From positions 160,001 through 224,000 of the forward strand of contig CAVQNG010000025.1 of NCBI GenBank assembly GCA_963713825.1: DNA of 64,000 nt. Direction: 5' to 3'. Under the pieces are notes generated by a model, which was not told the DNA's origin, made no database searches, and was given only the letters and a program-made list of their open reading frames with translations. Positions within the stretch are counted from its first letter, which is position 1. The number at the start of each line of letters is the position of its first letter. Shown here piece after piece: positions 9,499 to 19,266 of this stretch. The position numbers and the translations under genes were made by a program. This stretch comes from an uncultured Acidobacteriota bacterium. GTDB lineage: Bacteria > Acidobacteriota > Thermoanaerobaculia > Multivoradales > JAHEKO01.

Positions 9499-10830
9499 GT
9501 GAAAGACCGCAATCCAGCTGACAGTGTTGGTTACCGCGAGCTTCTCGCCGGCAACACGAACTACCGCCGCATCTGGCTCGGTGAGGTGGCGTCGTGGTTT
9601 GGCGACTGGTTCAACGCCATAGCCTTGTACACGCTGGTTCGCGAGTTGACCGGTTCGCCCCTGGCTCTGGGACTGGTGTTCCTCACGAAGATGGTCCCGT
9701 TCGCGGTCGCCTCGCCGCTGGCGGGTCTACTGGTCGATCGTTTCAACCGACGTCGGCTGATGATCGCCGCCGATCTGCTGCGCGCTGTCGTGGTTCTGGG
9801 CTTCCTGCTGGTCCATGAGGCCGGCGATCTCTATCTAATCTACGGCCTGACAGGCGCGCAGGTGATCCTGACGGCGGTCTTCATTCCTGCCCGCAGTGCC
9901 TCGATTCCCAACGTCACGACCGACGGTGAGCTGCTCACCGCCAACGCCCTGTCAGCGGCCACCTGGTCGACCTTGCTGGCGGTGGGGGCAGCTCTGGGTG
10001 GCGTCGCCACGGACTGGTTCGGAGTCCGGGTTGTCTTCGTGCTGGACTCTTTGAGCTACTTGGTTTCGGCAGCCTTCCTGTGGCGTGCGACGATTCCACA
10101 AGAGACAGAGCCGGGAAGCTCCGCAGGGTCGGTCAAGACGGCTCTCGGAGATATCGCGAAGGGATGGCGGTATCTCTGGGAGCACGGACCCGTCGGACGC
10201 ATGGCGTTGGCCAAATCGAGCTGGTCCCTCGGCGGCGGGGCGCTGGTCTACATGCTGGCTCTGTTGGGCGAGGTCGTGATGCCGGGCTCGCCCGCACTGG
10301 GTATCGGACTGCTCTACGGCCTGCGGGGACTCGGTACGGGGATCGGACCAGTGGCAGTCCGTTCCTGGCTACCTGATGAGAAGCGCTGGCCGCTCATGAT
10401 GGGCATCGGAATCGTGATCTCCGGTCTCTGCTATTTCGCGGTCGGTGCCGTTCCATGGCTGCTGGCCATCGCAGTCCTGGTGGTATTGGCACACGCTCCG
10501 AGCGGTGCCAATTGGGTAGCCTCGACGGTGCTGCTACAGAAGCGGACCGTAGACAGCTATCGGGGTCGGGTCTTCTCCGCAGAGTGGTTGGCAGTGACCG
10601 TCGCGGATAGCGTCTCGATCCTCACGGCCAGTCTGCTGCTCGAATCAGGATTGATCTCCTTGCGCACGGGGATTCTGATCTTTGCGGTGGTGCAGATTCT
10701 CTGCGGCGCGCTGTGGATCGGTCTGGTGGTTCCGGCCGAGCGCCGAGAGGACCTCACTCAGGCTCGTGCAGGGACAGGGCCTGGTCGAGGAAAGCCAGCT
10801 GCAGTCGCATCTGATCGCGAATCGGCATAG
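9499..10830 (+). CDS. MFS transporter
   Basis: About 12 TMs; AGLLVDRFNRRRLMIAADLLR motif A; YRGRVFS. Confidence 0.92.
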   Translation: MKDRNPADSVGYRELLAGNTNYRRIWLGEVASWFGDWFNAIALYTLVRELTGSPLALGLVFLTKMVPFAVASPLAGLLVDRFNRRRLMIAADLLRAVVVLGFLLVHEAGDLYLIYGLTGAQVILTAVFIPARSASIPNVTTDGELLTANALSAATWSTLLAVGAALGGVATDWFGVRVVFVLDSLSYLVSAAFLWRATIPQETEPGSSAGSVKTALGDIAKGWRYLWEHGPVGRMALAKSSWSLGGGALVYMLALLGEVVMPGSPALGIGLLYGLRGLGTGIGPVAVRSWLPDEKRWPLMMGIGIVISGLCYFAVGAVPWLLAIAVLVVLAHAPSGANWVASTVLLQKRTVDSYRGRVFSAEWLAVTVADSVSILTASLLLESGLISLRTGILIFAVVQILCGALWIGLVVPAERREDLTQARAGTGPGRGKPAAVASDRESA

Positions 10831-11824
10831 CGTGGACTCCGGCCTCGAAGAGCGCCTGCCTGGCGATATCGGTCGGCTTGTCGGACACGAGCTCCAGGAG
10901 CCAGGCCAGAAGGCGCTTTCGACCCTCGGTGCCCTTCTCGAATCGAGGCGTGTCAGGAGATTCGGCGACGTCATCCACCAGGAATAGGGGCATCTCCGAT
11001 ACCAGAGTGAGGGGATCTCCCCCCAGGCTGCGCACGTACTCCATGGAGCTCGGTCGAAAGAGGGCAGCGGTCTCGAGGTCTCCAAGTGCTTCGAAGTGGG
11101 CGGCCATGGCCCGCGAGTCGGGACGAGTCGAGAATCCTTCGTCGATACGGTAGAAGCCCTTCTCACCCTTGCGATCCAGGTCCATCGGGCGATAGCCCAT
11201 CGATCGAACCAGGTCCCGTAGTGTCTCTCGCATCGCTACCGTGCGATCAGCCCAGGATGCCTCGAGGAGAAACCAGGGTCCGGGCGCCAGGCCCATGCCA
11301 TGAAAGCTGGCGTGCAGCTGGAAGGGACCTTCGGCACTGAGGAAACCAGCAACGGCGAGATTCTCAGGTCTCGCAGCCCTATCCAAAGGGTCTCGTGGGA
11401 AGCCGAACTCGATGTCGTCGCCGGGTAGCTCGCGGACGACCTCTTGGACATAGGCCACCAGGTCGTAGGCCTCATCGGGCTCGTTCAGATGGTCTGTGGT
11501 CGGGACGGTCGAATCACTCCAGGCAGCGTTGATGGCGGCCCCGTCCGGATTGACATGCGGAACGATCGACCAGCGCCAATCGCGGATCAAGGGATGAGTC
11601 TCGGGCAGCCTGCCTAGATAGGTCACCAGTCTGGCCAGCATGGCAGGGCCGACTGGCTCGTCGGCGTGGCAGCCGCCGATCAAGCTGATACGGAGCGGAC
11701 CGTCTCCCAGGACGTAGGCCTCGATCGAGGCCCCCTGCCGCGACTGTCCGATGGTTCGCCCCCGCGTCGTGGCGGCAATCGGGTCCGCGACCAGAATGGC
11801 TTCGATATCCAAGAGCTGCTGCAT
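10754..11824 (-). CDS. M14 family zinc carboxypeptidase-like protein
   Basis: IGQSRQG, GGCHADEPVG, VPHVNPDG, HASFHG; start MQQLLD with GAGG RBS. Confidence 0.85.
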   Translation of the reverse strand: MQQLLDIEAILVADPIAATTRGRTIGQSRQGASIEAYVLGDGPLRISLIGGCHADEPVGPAMLARLVTYLGRLPETHPLIRDWRWSIVPHVNPDGAAINAAWSDSTVPTTDHLNEPDEAYDLVAYVQEVVRELPGDDIEFGFPRDPLDRAARPENLAVAGFLSAEGPFQLHASFHGMGLAPGPWFLLEASWADRTVAMRETLRDLVRSMGYRPMDLDRKGEKGFYRIDEGFSTRPDSRAMAAHFEALGDLETAALFRPSSMEYVRSLGGDPLTLVSEMPLFLVDDVAESPDTPRFEKGTEGRKRLLAWLLELVSDKPTDIARQALFEAGVHAMPIRDQMRLQLAFLDQALSLHEPE

Positions 11825-11942
11825 CGTGTCCTCGTGGTCTGGAATTGAGCTCCGCAAGTCTACCTCGGAAGGTTCGAGGCCCTTGATAGACTTCCCCTGT
11901 TTCAACGCATGTTCTGCAGGACTCCTGAGGAGAGGAGGGATC

Positions 11943-12551
11943 ATGTCGGAAGACCCTTACAGTCAGCTCGTCTCCCTCGATGTCGATCGTCCATTCTGGC
12001 AGCGAGTCTTCTCGGTGGCACCGCTGGTGGTAGTCGGCTCGACAGAACAAGATGGCTCTGTCGACTTGGCGCCGAAACACATGGTGACGCCCTTGGGCTG
12101 GGAAAACTACTTTGGATTCGTCTGTGCGCCGACCCACTCGACCTATCGGAACATCAAGCGAGAAGAGTGCTTCACAGTGAGCTACGTGAATCCAGATCAG
12201 GTTGTGCTTACCAGCCTTGCAGCGGCCCCGCGCTGCGAAGATGGCACCAAGTCCACATTGCGGGCCGTACCCACCATTCCCTCGCGCTACACGGACGGAG
12301 CCTTCATGCAGGACTCGTATCTGCTTCTCGAGTGCGAACTCGAGCGGATCGTCGATGGTTTCGGCCCCAATAGCTTGATCGCCGGCAAGGTCATGGCTGC
12401 GTACGCCCACCGAGACGCCTTGCGGGGCGACGATCGGGACGATCAGGATGTGTTGAAGGCGCGTCCCCTCCTGGCCTACCTCCACCCGAATCGGTTCACG
12501 AAGATCGAGATGAGCCAATCATTTCCACTGCCCGCCGGTTTTCGGCGCTGA
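11943..12551 (+). CDS. Flavin reductase-like (FMN-binding split barrel) protein
   Basis: APLVVVGS, DLAPKH, HSTYRNIKRE, LECELERI; AGGAGG RBS. Confidence 0.82.
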   Translation: MSEDPYSQLVSLDVDRPFWQRVFSVAPLVVVGSTEQDGSVDLAPKHMVTPLGWENYFGFVCAPTHSTYRNIKREECFTVSYVNPDQVVLTSLAAAPRCEDGTKSTLRAVPTIPSRYTDGAFMQDSYLLLECELERIVDGFGPNSLIAGKVMAAYAHRDALRGDDRDDQDVLKARPLLAYLHPNRFTKIEMSQSFPLPAGFRR

Positions 12552-12560
12552 AGCCTATCG

Positions 12561-13757
12561 ATGCCATCGGCTCGGGCTCGAGGAATCCTGGACGATCTGC
12601 GCTCTTGTCGGGCCGAGATGTACGAGTCTCTGGAGCAACTCGTCATGGCAGAGTCTCCATCGGTGGATCCGGCCTCGCAAGCTGACGTTCAGGCGGCTTT
12701 GACACAAGAGCTGGAAGCGAACGGGTTTCGGGTTCGACGACTTCCGGGACGCAAGACCGGCGGCCACTTGCTGGCTGTGCCCAAAGTGCGGCACCGAAAC
12801 CAACCTATTCAGGCCCTGATTGGCCACTGCGACACTGTCTGGCCCCGAGGAACGCTCAGCAGTATGCCGATCACGATTCGAGCCGGTCATATGACAGGCC
12901 CTGGAATCTACGACATGAAGGGTGGCTTGGTGCTGATGATGTTCGCGCTGCGAGCCCTCGCCAACCAGGGTCTCGAACCCGAAGTTCTGCCGGTCGTTCT
13001 TATCAATTCGGACGAGGAGATCGGTAGTGGCGAGTCGCGCCGCAGTGTCGAACGCCTGGCGAAGATCGCTGATCGGGTGTTCGTATTGGAGCCGGCGATG
13101 GGACAGACCGGAGCCCTGAAGACGGCTCGCAAGGGTGTCGGTCAGTTCAGGGTCAGGGTGAGTGGTAAGGCCGCTCATGCAGGCCTCGAGCCGAGCCAAG
13201 GGGTGAGTGCCATTCTCGAGCTTTCTCACGTGGTCCAGAAGCTCTTCGCGCTCAATGATCCGGAGGTTGGGATCACGGTGAACGTCGGCACGATCGACGG
13301 GGGAATGCGCCCCAACGTGGTCGCACCCGAAAGTACAGCGGAAGTCGATGTGCGCGTTCTGACCACCCAACAGGCACGCCAGGTGGAGGAGGCGATTCGA
13401 CGCCTCGAGCCCGAGACACCTGGAGCCGTCCTGCAGGTGGAAGGCGATCTGGACATTCCACCTCTGGAGCGCACGCCTCGCAATCGGCTGCTGTGGCATC
13501 GCGCTCAGAAGGTGGCGAGTGAGTTGGACATGGAGCTCGAAGAGTGTCTGGCAGGGGGTGGCTCCGACGGCAACGTGGCCAGCCTCCATGCACCGACACT
13601 GGATGGGCTGGGTCCAGTCGGCGCGGGCGCCCATGCAGCACACGAGTACATCGAGTTGGACAGCATGGTGGAGCGCGGAGCGCTTCTGGCACTGTTGCTG
13701 CTGGAACCGCCCCTGAATTGGCAAGCCGAGCTCGAGAGCCGGGCCGAAGGGGAATGA
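12561..13757 (+). CDS. M20 family metallopeptidase (glutamate carboxypeptidase-like)
   Basis: GHCDTVW, GPGIYDMKGG, SDEEIGS, GKAAHAG, GGGSDGN, GAHAAHE. Confidence 0.92.
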   Translation: MPSARARGILDDLRSCRAEMYESLEQLVMAESPSVDPASQADVQAALTQELEANGFRVRRLPGRKTGGHLLAVPKVRHRNQPIQALIGHCDTVWPRGTLSSMPITIRAGHMTGPGIYDMKGGLVLMMFALRALANQGLEPEVLPVVLINSDEEIGSGESRRSVERLAKIADRVFVLEPAMGQTGALKTARKGVGQFRVRVSGKAAHAGLEPSQGVSAILELSHVVQKLFALNDPEVGITVNVGTIDGGMRPNVVAPESTAEVDVRVLTTQQARQVEEAIRRLEPETPGAVLQVEGDLDIPPLERTPRNRLLWHRAQKVASELDMELEECLAGGGSDGNVASLHAPTLDGLGPVGAGAHAAHEYIELDSMVERGALLALLLLEPPLNWQAELESRAEGE

Positions 13758-13880
13758 CGTACTATTGCTGCGGCGTACTGGCAATGGCTCGCGGCCGAGA
13801 GCCCGGTCGGGCTTGGGCCGATTGCTCGTGAAGGTTCGGAAAATCGTGCGACTCGGAAACCAACTTTGGGAGCTTCGACA

Positions 13881-15503
13881 GTGAATTGGGTGAGCATTCT
13901 GGGACTCGTGGCATTGCTCGGAATCGCTTGGGGCATGTCCTACTACAGACGGGATGTGAAGCTACGCCCCATTCTCTGGGGCCTGGGACTGCAATTCGTT
14001 CTGGCGCTCATCATTCTTCGCGAGGACGTCTGGAGTTTTGTCGGCATGGGCTTGCTCGGCCTTCTCGTCATCTTCTACCTGATGGATGACAAGGGAGAAG
14101 GGGGAGGACTCGGATTAGGCAGGTCTGTGGTTGTGTTGGCCGCCAGTCTCATTGTCGGTGCGCTGGTCGCGCAGCTACCCGCGCAGCTTCTTCTGATGGG
14201 TCTCGGAGCATTGCTGGTTGCCTTGTTTTTCAACAGGCGCTTCGGGCTGGCCCCCGGGGCTCAGAAGTTCATGAGTGCTCTGCTCGTCATCGTGCTCGTT
14301 GGATGGATGGTCGCCACCAACCTGCACGGTCAGAAGGCCTTTCAGTACTTCAGCACGGGAGCCGCGAATTTTTTGAACCTGTCAGACTACGGCGCCAGGT
14401 TCTTGTTCGGAAACCTGGCCGATTCCCAGTACTTCTTCCCTGGTCCAGAAGGCGGGTGGCCTGGCTTCGGTATGCAGTTCGCTTTCAAGGTCCTGCCGAC
14501 CATCATCTTCTTCGGCGGCTTCATGGGGGTTCTCTACTACCTCGGAATCATGCAGAAGGTCATCGAAGCGCTGAGTCGCTTCATGCGATGGACTATCGGT
14601 ACCAGTGGTGCGGAGACCCTCTCTTGCACCGCCAACATTTTCGTCGGTCAGACGGAGGCTCCGCTGCTGATCAAGCCCTTTCTGGCGGGCATGACGCAAT
14701 CCGAGCTCCTGACGATCATGGTTGGGGGCTTCGCCACCATCGCGGGTGGGGTGTTGGCTGGCTATATCGCCATGGGAGTGCCGGCAGGCCATCTGGTCGC
14801 GGCCAGCGTCATGTCGGCACCTGCGGCGTTGGTCATCGGCAAGATCATCTTTCCGGAGAAGGAGCATTCGCAGACCGCTGGAGACGCCAAGCTGCCGGAG
14901 ATCGAGAGCGGCGGCAATGTCATCGAAGCGGCTTCCAACGGTATCGTCGACGGCCTCAAGCTGGCGGTCAACGTCGGCGCCATGCTGATCGGGTTCATCG
15001 CCCTGATTGCCGTCGTCGACGTGATCATGGGTCTCGTCGATCGATTGATCGACGGCCGCATCCTGGGTGGGACCTACGTCGCCTATGCCGCGAGTGGAAT
15101 GTCTCCAGCAGTCGGTGAGTTCCAGGGGATCTTCCCGGGCTCGCTGCAGACCCTGTTCGGTACGCTCTTGAAGCCGCTGGCATGGCTGATGGGTGTGCCC
15201 TGGGCCGATGCCTCGAGAGTGGGGAATCTTCTCGGCGTCAAGCTGTCGCTCAATGAGTTCGTGGCTTTTGGCACACTCGGTAGCTACATTCAGGAAGGTC
15301 TTCTGAGCGAAAGAGCCATTGTCATTTCGACCTACGCTCTGTGCGGCTTCGCCAACTTCTCGTCCATCGGAATCCAAATCGGCGGCATCAGTGCCCTGGC
15401 CCCTGAAAGAAAGGGAGATCTAGCCAGGGTCGGCCTGAAAGCCATGTTCGGTGGAGCGCTGGCTTCCTGGCTCACCGCGACGATTGTCGGCATTTTGCAT
15501 TGA
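13881..15503 (+). CDS. nupC: CNT/NupC-family nucleoside:cation symporter with a hydrophobic insertion
   Basis: FAFKVLPTIIFF, ANIFVGQTEAPL, GFATIAGGV, KLSLNEFVA, ALCGFANFSSIGIQIGG. Confidence 0.93.
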   Translation: MNWVSILGLVALLGIAWGMSYYRRDVKLRPILWGLGLQFVLALIILREDVWSFVGMGLLGLLVIFYLMDDKGEGGGLGLGRSVVVLAASLIVGALVAQLPAQLLLMGLGALLVALFFNRRFGLAPGAQKFMSALLVIVLVGWMVATNLHGQKAFQYFSTGAANFLNLSDYGARFLFGNLADSQYFFPGPEGGWPGFGMQFAFKVLPTIIFFGGFMGVLYYLGIMQKVIEALSRFMRWTIGTSGAETLSCTANIFVGQTEAPLLIKPFLAGMTQSELLTIMVGGFATIAGGVLAGYIAMGVPAGHLVAASVMSAPAALVIGKIIFPEKEHSQTAGDAKLPEIESGGNVIEAASNGIVDGLKLAVNVGAMLIGFIALIAVVDVIMGLVDRLIDGRILGGTYVAYAASGMSPAVGEFQGIFPGSLQTLFGTLLKPLAWLMGVPWADASRVGNLLGVKLSLNEFVAFGTLGSYIQEGLLSERAIVISTYALCGFANFSSIGIQIGGISALAPERKGDLARVGLKAMFGGALASWLTATIVGILH

Positions 15504-15583
15504 AGGATCGTGGGATCGGAGGGGTACCCATTGCAGCCCAGTCGAGTGGAGCGGGTCTGATCGGGAGCGACGAGCGAGCGACC

Positions 15584-15928
15584 ATGGCTGCTCCTTCATC
15601 CTACGAAAGGATTTACGCGCAAGTGGCACGCGTCCCAATGGGAAGAGTCGCCACCTATGGTCAAATCGCCGACTTGGCTGATCTGCCAGGGCAGGCGCGA
15701 CAGGTCGGCTACGCTCTGCATGCTTTGCCGCCTGGATCCGACCTGCCCTGGCACCGGGTGATCAACGCCAAGGGTGAGGTCAGTCCGCGAGCCGAGCTCG
15801 GTTGGGAGGGATTCCAACGACAGCTACTGGAAGAAGAGGGCGTGGTCTTCGACTCCGGTGGCCGGGTCGATTTGAAGCGCTACCGATGGGAACCACCGCT
15901 GACCGCGGAGTTGCGGCGACAGAGATGA
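15584..15928 (+). CDS. Alkyltransferase-like protein (ATL/YbaZ, MGMT family)
   Basis: VPMGRVATYGQIA, ARQVGYAL, PWHRV (Trp replaces the catalytic Cys). Confidence 0.9.
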   Translation: MAAPSSYERIYAQVARVPMGRVATYGQIADLADLPGQARQVGYALHALPPGSDLPWHRVINAKGEVSPRAELGWEGFQRQLLEEEGVVFDSGGRVDLKRYRWEPPLTAELRRQR

Positions 15929-16677
15929 CAGGCTACCTACTGCTCTTCGGATCGGGGCTGATTGCCGGCGTGATCAACGTTATTGCTGGTGGAGGCTCTT
16001 TTCTGACCCTGCCGATTCTCATGTTTCTCGGCTTGCCGGCCGGCATGGCCAACGGCACGAATCGAGTCGGAATCCTCCTGCAGAACGTAGCGGCCGTGTG
16101 GAGTTTCGAGCGTCACCGGGTGCTGGATTGGAGCTCCCTGTGGTGGGCGGCTGCTCCGGCGACCCTTGGTGCGGTCCTGGGGACCTGGGGTGCTCTGGTC
16201 ATCAGCGACCAGGCTTTCAGGCGGGTGCTGGCGCTATTGATGCTGACGATCTCGGTGTGGACCCTGTGGTCGCCTCATAACAGAAAGAACCAAGGCGATG
16301 AAGAGAGAGCCGAACGCTCTCGGCGGCACTACCTCTTGACTGGCTTGGCCTTCTTCGCGGTGGGAATCTACGGCGGATTCGTGCAAGCCGGAGTCGGGTT
16401 CTTCATCCTCGCTGTGACCTCGGCCGTGGGCCTGAACCTGGTGCGGGGAAACGCCGTCAAGGTACTCACGGTACTGTGCTTCACCGCACTGTCACTAGCT
16501 TTGTTCGCCTGGCAAGGCAAAGTCGATTGGCTCATGGGCCTGACCCTGGCGGCCGGAACGATCATCGGTGGGCTGGTCGGAGCACGGCTCACCGTCCTCA
16601 AGGGACACCGATGGGTGAGAGGGGTCGTCACGGTGACGATCATCCTCTTCGCACTGAAGCTGTGGTTCGGGGGCTAG
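15925..16677 (+). CDS. TauE/SafE family membrane transporter
   Basis: AGVINVIAGGGSFLTLP, ANGTNR, GIYGGFVQAGVG; ATGA overlap with upstream gene. Confidence 0.9.
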   Translation: MTGYLLLFGSGLIAGVINVIAGGGSFLTLPILMFLGLPAGMANGTNRVGILLQNVAAVWSFERHRVLDWSSLWWAAAPATLGAVLGTWGALVISDQAFRRVLALLMLTISVWTLWSPHNRKNQGDEERAERSRRHYLLTGLAFFAVGIYGGFVQAGVGFFILAVTSAVGLNLVRGNAVKVLTVLCFTALSLALFAWQGKVDWLMGLTLAAGTIIGGLVGARLTVLKGHRWVRGVVTVTIILFALKLWFGG

Positions 16678-18305
16678 GGCTTGAACTCGATGCGAAGATC
16701 GACCCACATTCTGACCGGGACATCGCCCACCATAGCGGGCTGCCAGGTGGTTTTCTCCGCCGCCTCGAAGGCCGCCCTGTCGAAGCCCATGCCTGCTTTG
16801 GCTCCGGATTGCTCGATCTCTGCTACGTTCCCTTGATCGTCGATCAGCAGGCGCAAGACCACAACGGCTGTGCGACCAAGGCGTCGCGCGGTCTCGGGGT
16901 AGCGCGGCTGGGGTCGCTTGATGACCGTCGGCGCTTGGACTCCCGGCCCCGGCTGAACGAGGTCGCCCCTCGCCACCTGGGGTGGCTCGAGTTGGATGTC
17001 AGCGGCCGAAGCCACGGGATTGGAGGCGAGCCGGTCGGGTTCCGAAGTGGGTTCTGGATCGGCCACTTCGAGGGCCCCGTCGAGGAGCTCCGAGCCGGCC
17101 GCACCATTGGCTGGGGCGACATCTTGCGTGTCGAGCTCGGGCTCTGCCTGGGGCGCCACTACCGTTGTGCGACCGATACTCTCGGGCAGGCTGCTGGAGC
17201 TGGTCTCAATCGAATTGCTGGCAAGCAGTGTTGTGGGTGGAGTCTTGCTCGCTTCGGCCTCACGCTGCGCGTCACGAAGCTGATTGCGAAGAGTCGCCAG
17301 CTCTCGTTCGTACTCCGCTTTGAGCTTTGCGTCTTGCTTCGGTTCGGCGGCAGCAGCGGGAGGCGGCTCGATGTCGGCCGTCGCCAGCGAGTCGGCTTCT
17401 GTCTCGTCCGTCGGCAAGAGACCGACATCCTCGAGGGTTGGCGCAGGTTCGAACTTGGTGAAGCGCACGGCGCTGTCAGGCGTCACCTGGGTCCGCGCCT
17501 CGCTCGGCTCCGCCGGCCAGAAGAAGTAGGCCATCACTCCGATCAAGATCACCACAACTCCGGCAGCGATGGCGGCAAGTAGCTTGATCCGATTGTCCTT
17601 CTTGGCTGCCGTGGTCTCGTAGAAACCTCTTACACTCGGAGCGATGGTGCCCTCGAGGTCCTCCTCGATGATGCTGGAGCGTTCTCGGGAGGCACTCAGA
17701 TCATCGACTACCTTGGGGATCTCGACAGAGGAGATGCTCAAGGGATCCAGAATGTCCGACGCCAGGGTCTCTTCGATCTCCCGTGCATCCTCGGAGGCCC
17801 GATCCTCCATCCTGCCGGCCGCTGAGTGGTTCTCTTCGTCGATACGCCGCATGCCCTCGAGGACCAGGTTCGTAACGTCGAGCGACATGGGTACCATGGG
17901 GAACTCGGGCAGGTCGTCCGGCACGAACCGAAACTCGCCTTCGGGCCAGTTGAAGAGCTCGTAGATCGTCTCTTGAGTCTTCTGCTGAAGAACCTGGCTG
18001 AGCTCCTTCTCCGTGATGGCGCCCAGGGTCACCAGCACCTTGCCGAGGAGTATCTGCGTCGCCTGCTGGAGTTTGAGAGCGCGGGCCAGCGTCGCCTCGT
18101 CGATCAGGCCTTCCTCGATCAGGAAGTGTCCCAGATGTTCCTGCGAGTCACTTGACTCGGAGGAGACGATGGTGCCGGTGTCGAAGTAGATGCGCTTTTC
18201 GATGTCTGCGTTGTCGACGATCAAGACGCCGGTCTTCGTGCCTTGGGCCAGCCACTGCAGAAGTTCCGATAGCTCGAGAGTACGGAGATTACCGGTGATA
18301 CTCAT
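16674..18305 (-). CDS. DUF4388 (with MshEN-like repeats) - TM - TonB C-terminal domain fusion
   Basis: ITGNLRTLELSELLQWL..KTGVL, IYF..G, LFNWPEGEFRF; single TM; Pro/Ala/Glu-rich linker; PRYPETARRLG, LIDDQGNV, GFDRAAFEAA, WQPA..GDVPV. Confidence 0.85.
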   Translation of the reverse strand: MSITGNLRTLELSELLQWLAQGTKTGVLIVDNADIEKRIYFDTGTIVSSESSDSQEHLGHFLIEEGLIDEATLARALKLQQATQILLGKVLVTLGAITEKELSQVLQQKTQETIYELFNWPEGEFRFVPDDLPEFPMVPMSLDVTNLVLEGMRRIDEENHSAAGRMEDRASEDAREIEETLASDILDPLSISSVEIPKVVDDLSASRERSSIIEEDLEGTIAPSVRGFYETTAAKKDNRIKLLAAIAAGVVVILIGVMAYFFWPAEPSEARTQVTPDSAVRFTKFEPAPTLEDVGLLPTDETEADSLATADIEPPPAAAAEPKQDAKLKAEYERELATLRNQLRDAQREAEASKTPPTTLLASNSIETSSSSLPESIGRTTVVAPQAEPELDTQDVAPANGAAGSELLDGALEVADPEPTSEPDRLASNPVASAADIQLEPPQVARGDLVQPGPGVQAPTVIKRPQPRYPETARRLGRTAVVVLRLLIDDQGNVAEIEQSGAKAGMGFDRAAFEAAEKTTWQPAMVGDVPVRMWVDLRIEFKP

Positions 18306-18510
18306 GTCTTGTCTCGCTGGCTGCCGAAGTCGGTGGCCCTGACGACCGACCCTTCTGCCTCCATCTTTGTACCTGCAGCTATTGTAAGTCCAATGGGGGG
18401 GTGTTGCGATGTGGCGTGTCTCACACAGCGGGCCGGCCATTGCCGCTCGAGCCGAACGGTCTTGCCGTCTCACCAGCCTTCAGAGAGTATAGAATCAGGA
18501 GCCCACTGCA

Positions 18511-19194
18511 ATGAGCGATCAAGACGACAGAAGGCGTTACCCACGCTTCCCGACCGATGAGGTGGAAGGTAGCTTCTCCTATGCGGTCAAGGCGACCGTC
18601 GACAATCTGAGCCTGGGCGGGTTTGCCGTCCGCACCAGCGCTCAGCTCCAAGTCGGAAGGAAATACAACTTCCGCCTCGGTGAAGGGACTGACTCGGTCC
18701 AGCTGGAGGGAGAGGTGAAGTGGTGCCGGCTGGCTGGGACGGAGAAGCTGGAATCTGGTGATGTGGTCCCCGTCTACTCCGCCGGGATCGCTTTCGATGA
18801 CATTCTGACGACGACGGCGGAAGAGCTCCATCTGTTCATGGAGAAGAATGTCATCCTCGATCTCAAGCAGAGGATATTCGGCCGACTCAAGGTCGAGAGC
18901 GCGAGCGAGATCGCCCTCGAAACCGAGTCCAAGTTTCTGGTCAAACAGCTCAGCGCCTCGGGCATGCTGATCATCACCGAGCTGCCTCCGAAGCCGGAGT
19001 CCATTGTCGAACTGGAATTACAGCTCAATGATCATTCCTTCGAATGCGCGGGAAGGGTCGTCTACGCGGCGGAAGTGGATCTGGTGGAAGAAGAGCTGCG
19101 CTACCGGGTAGGCGTCGAGTTTCTGCGGCCAAGAAAAGAGCAGCTCCAGATTCTGGAGAACTTCATACGTAACGAGCTCGAGCGGGAGGAGTGA
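18511..19194 (+). CDS. Tandem PilZ-domain protein
   Basis: RRRYPRF (RxxxR), NLSLGG (NxSxxG), GEVKW, AGIAF; second degenerate domain QLSASGM, GRVVY, VGVEF. Confidence 0.85.
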   Translation: MSDQDDRRRYPRFPTDEVEGSFSYAVKATVDNLSLGGFAVRTSAQLQVGRKYNFRLGEGTDSVQLEGEVKWCRLAGTEKLESGDVVPVYSAGIAFDDILTTTAEELHLFMEKNVILDLKQRIFGRLKVESASEIALETESKFLVKQLSASGMLIITELPPKPESIVELELQLNDHSFECAGRVVYAAEVDLVEEELRYRVGVEFLRPRKEQLQILENFIRNELEREE

Positions 19195-19266
19195 CAGCCT
19201 CCCTGGCCGGTGTTGCCCGGAGCCCGAGCGACGCGGGCCCAGTGCCCGCGGTGCAAGGAGACGACC

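Noticed and set aside
10754-10830. 77-bp convergent overlap of the MFS and M14 genes
   Set aside because: Involves a low-complexity MFS tail; common in compact GC-rich genomes
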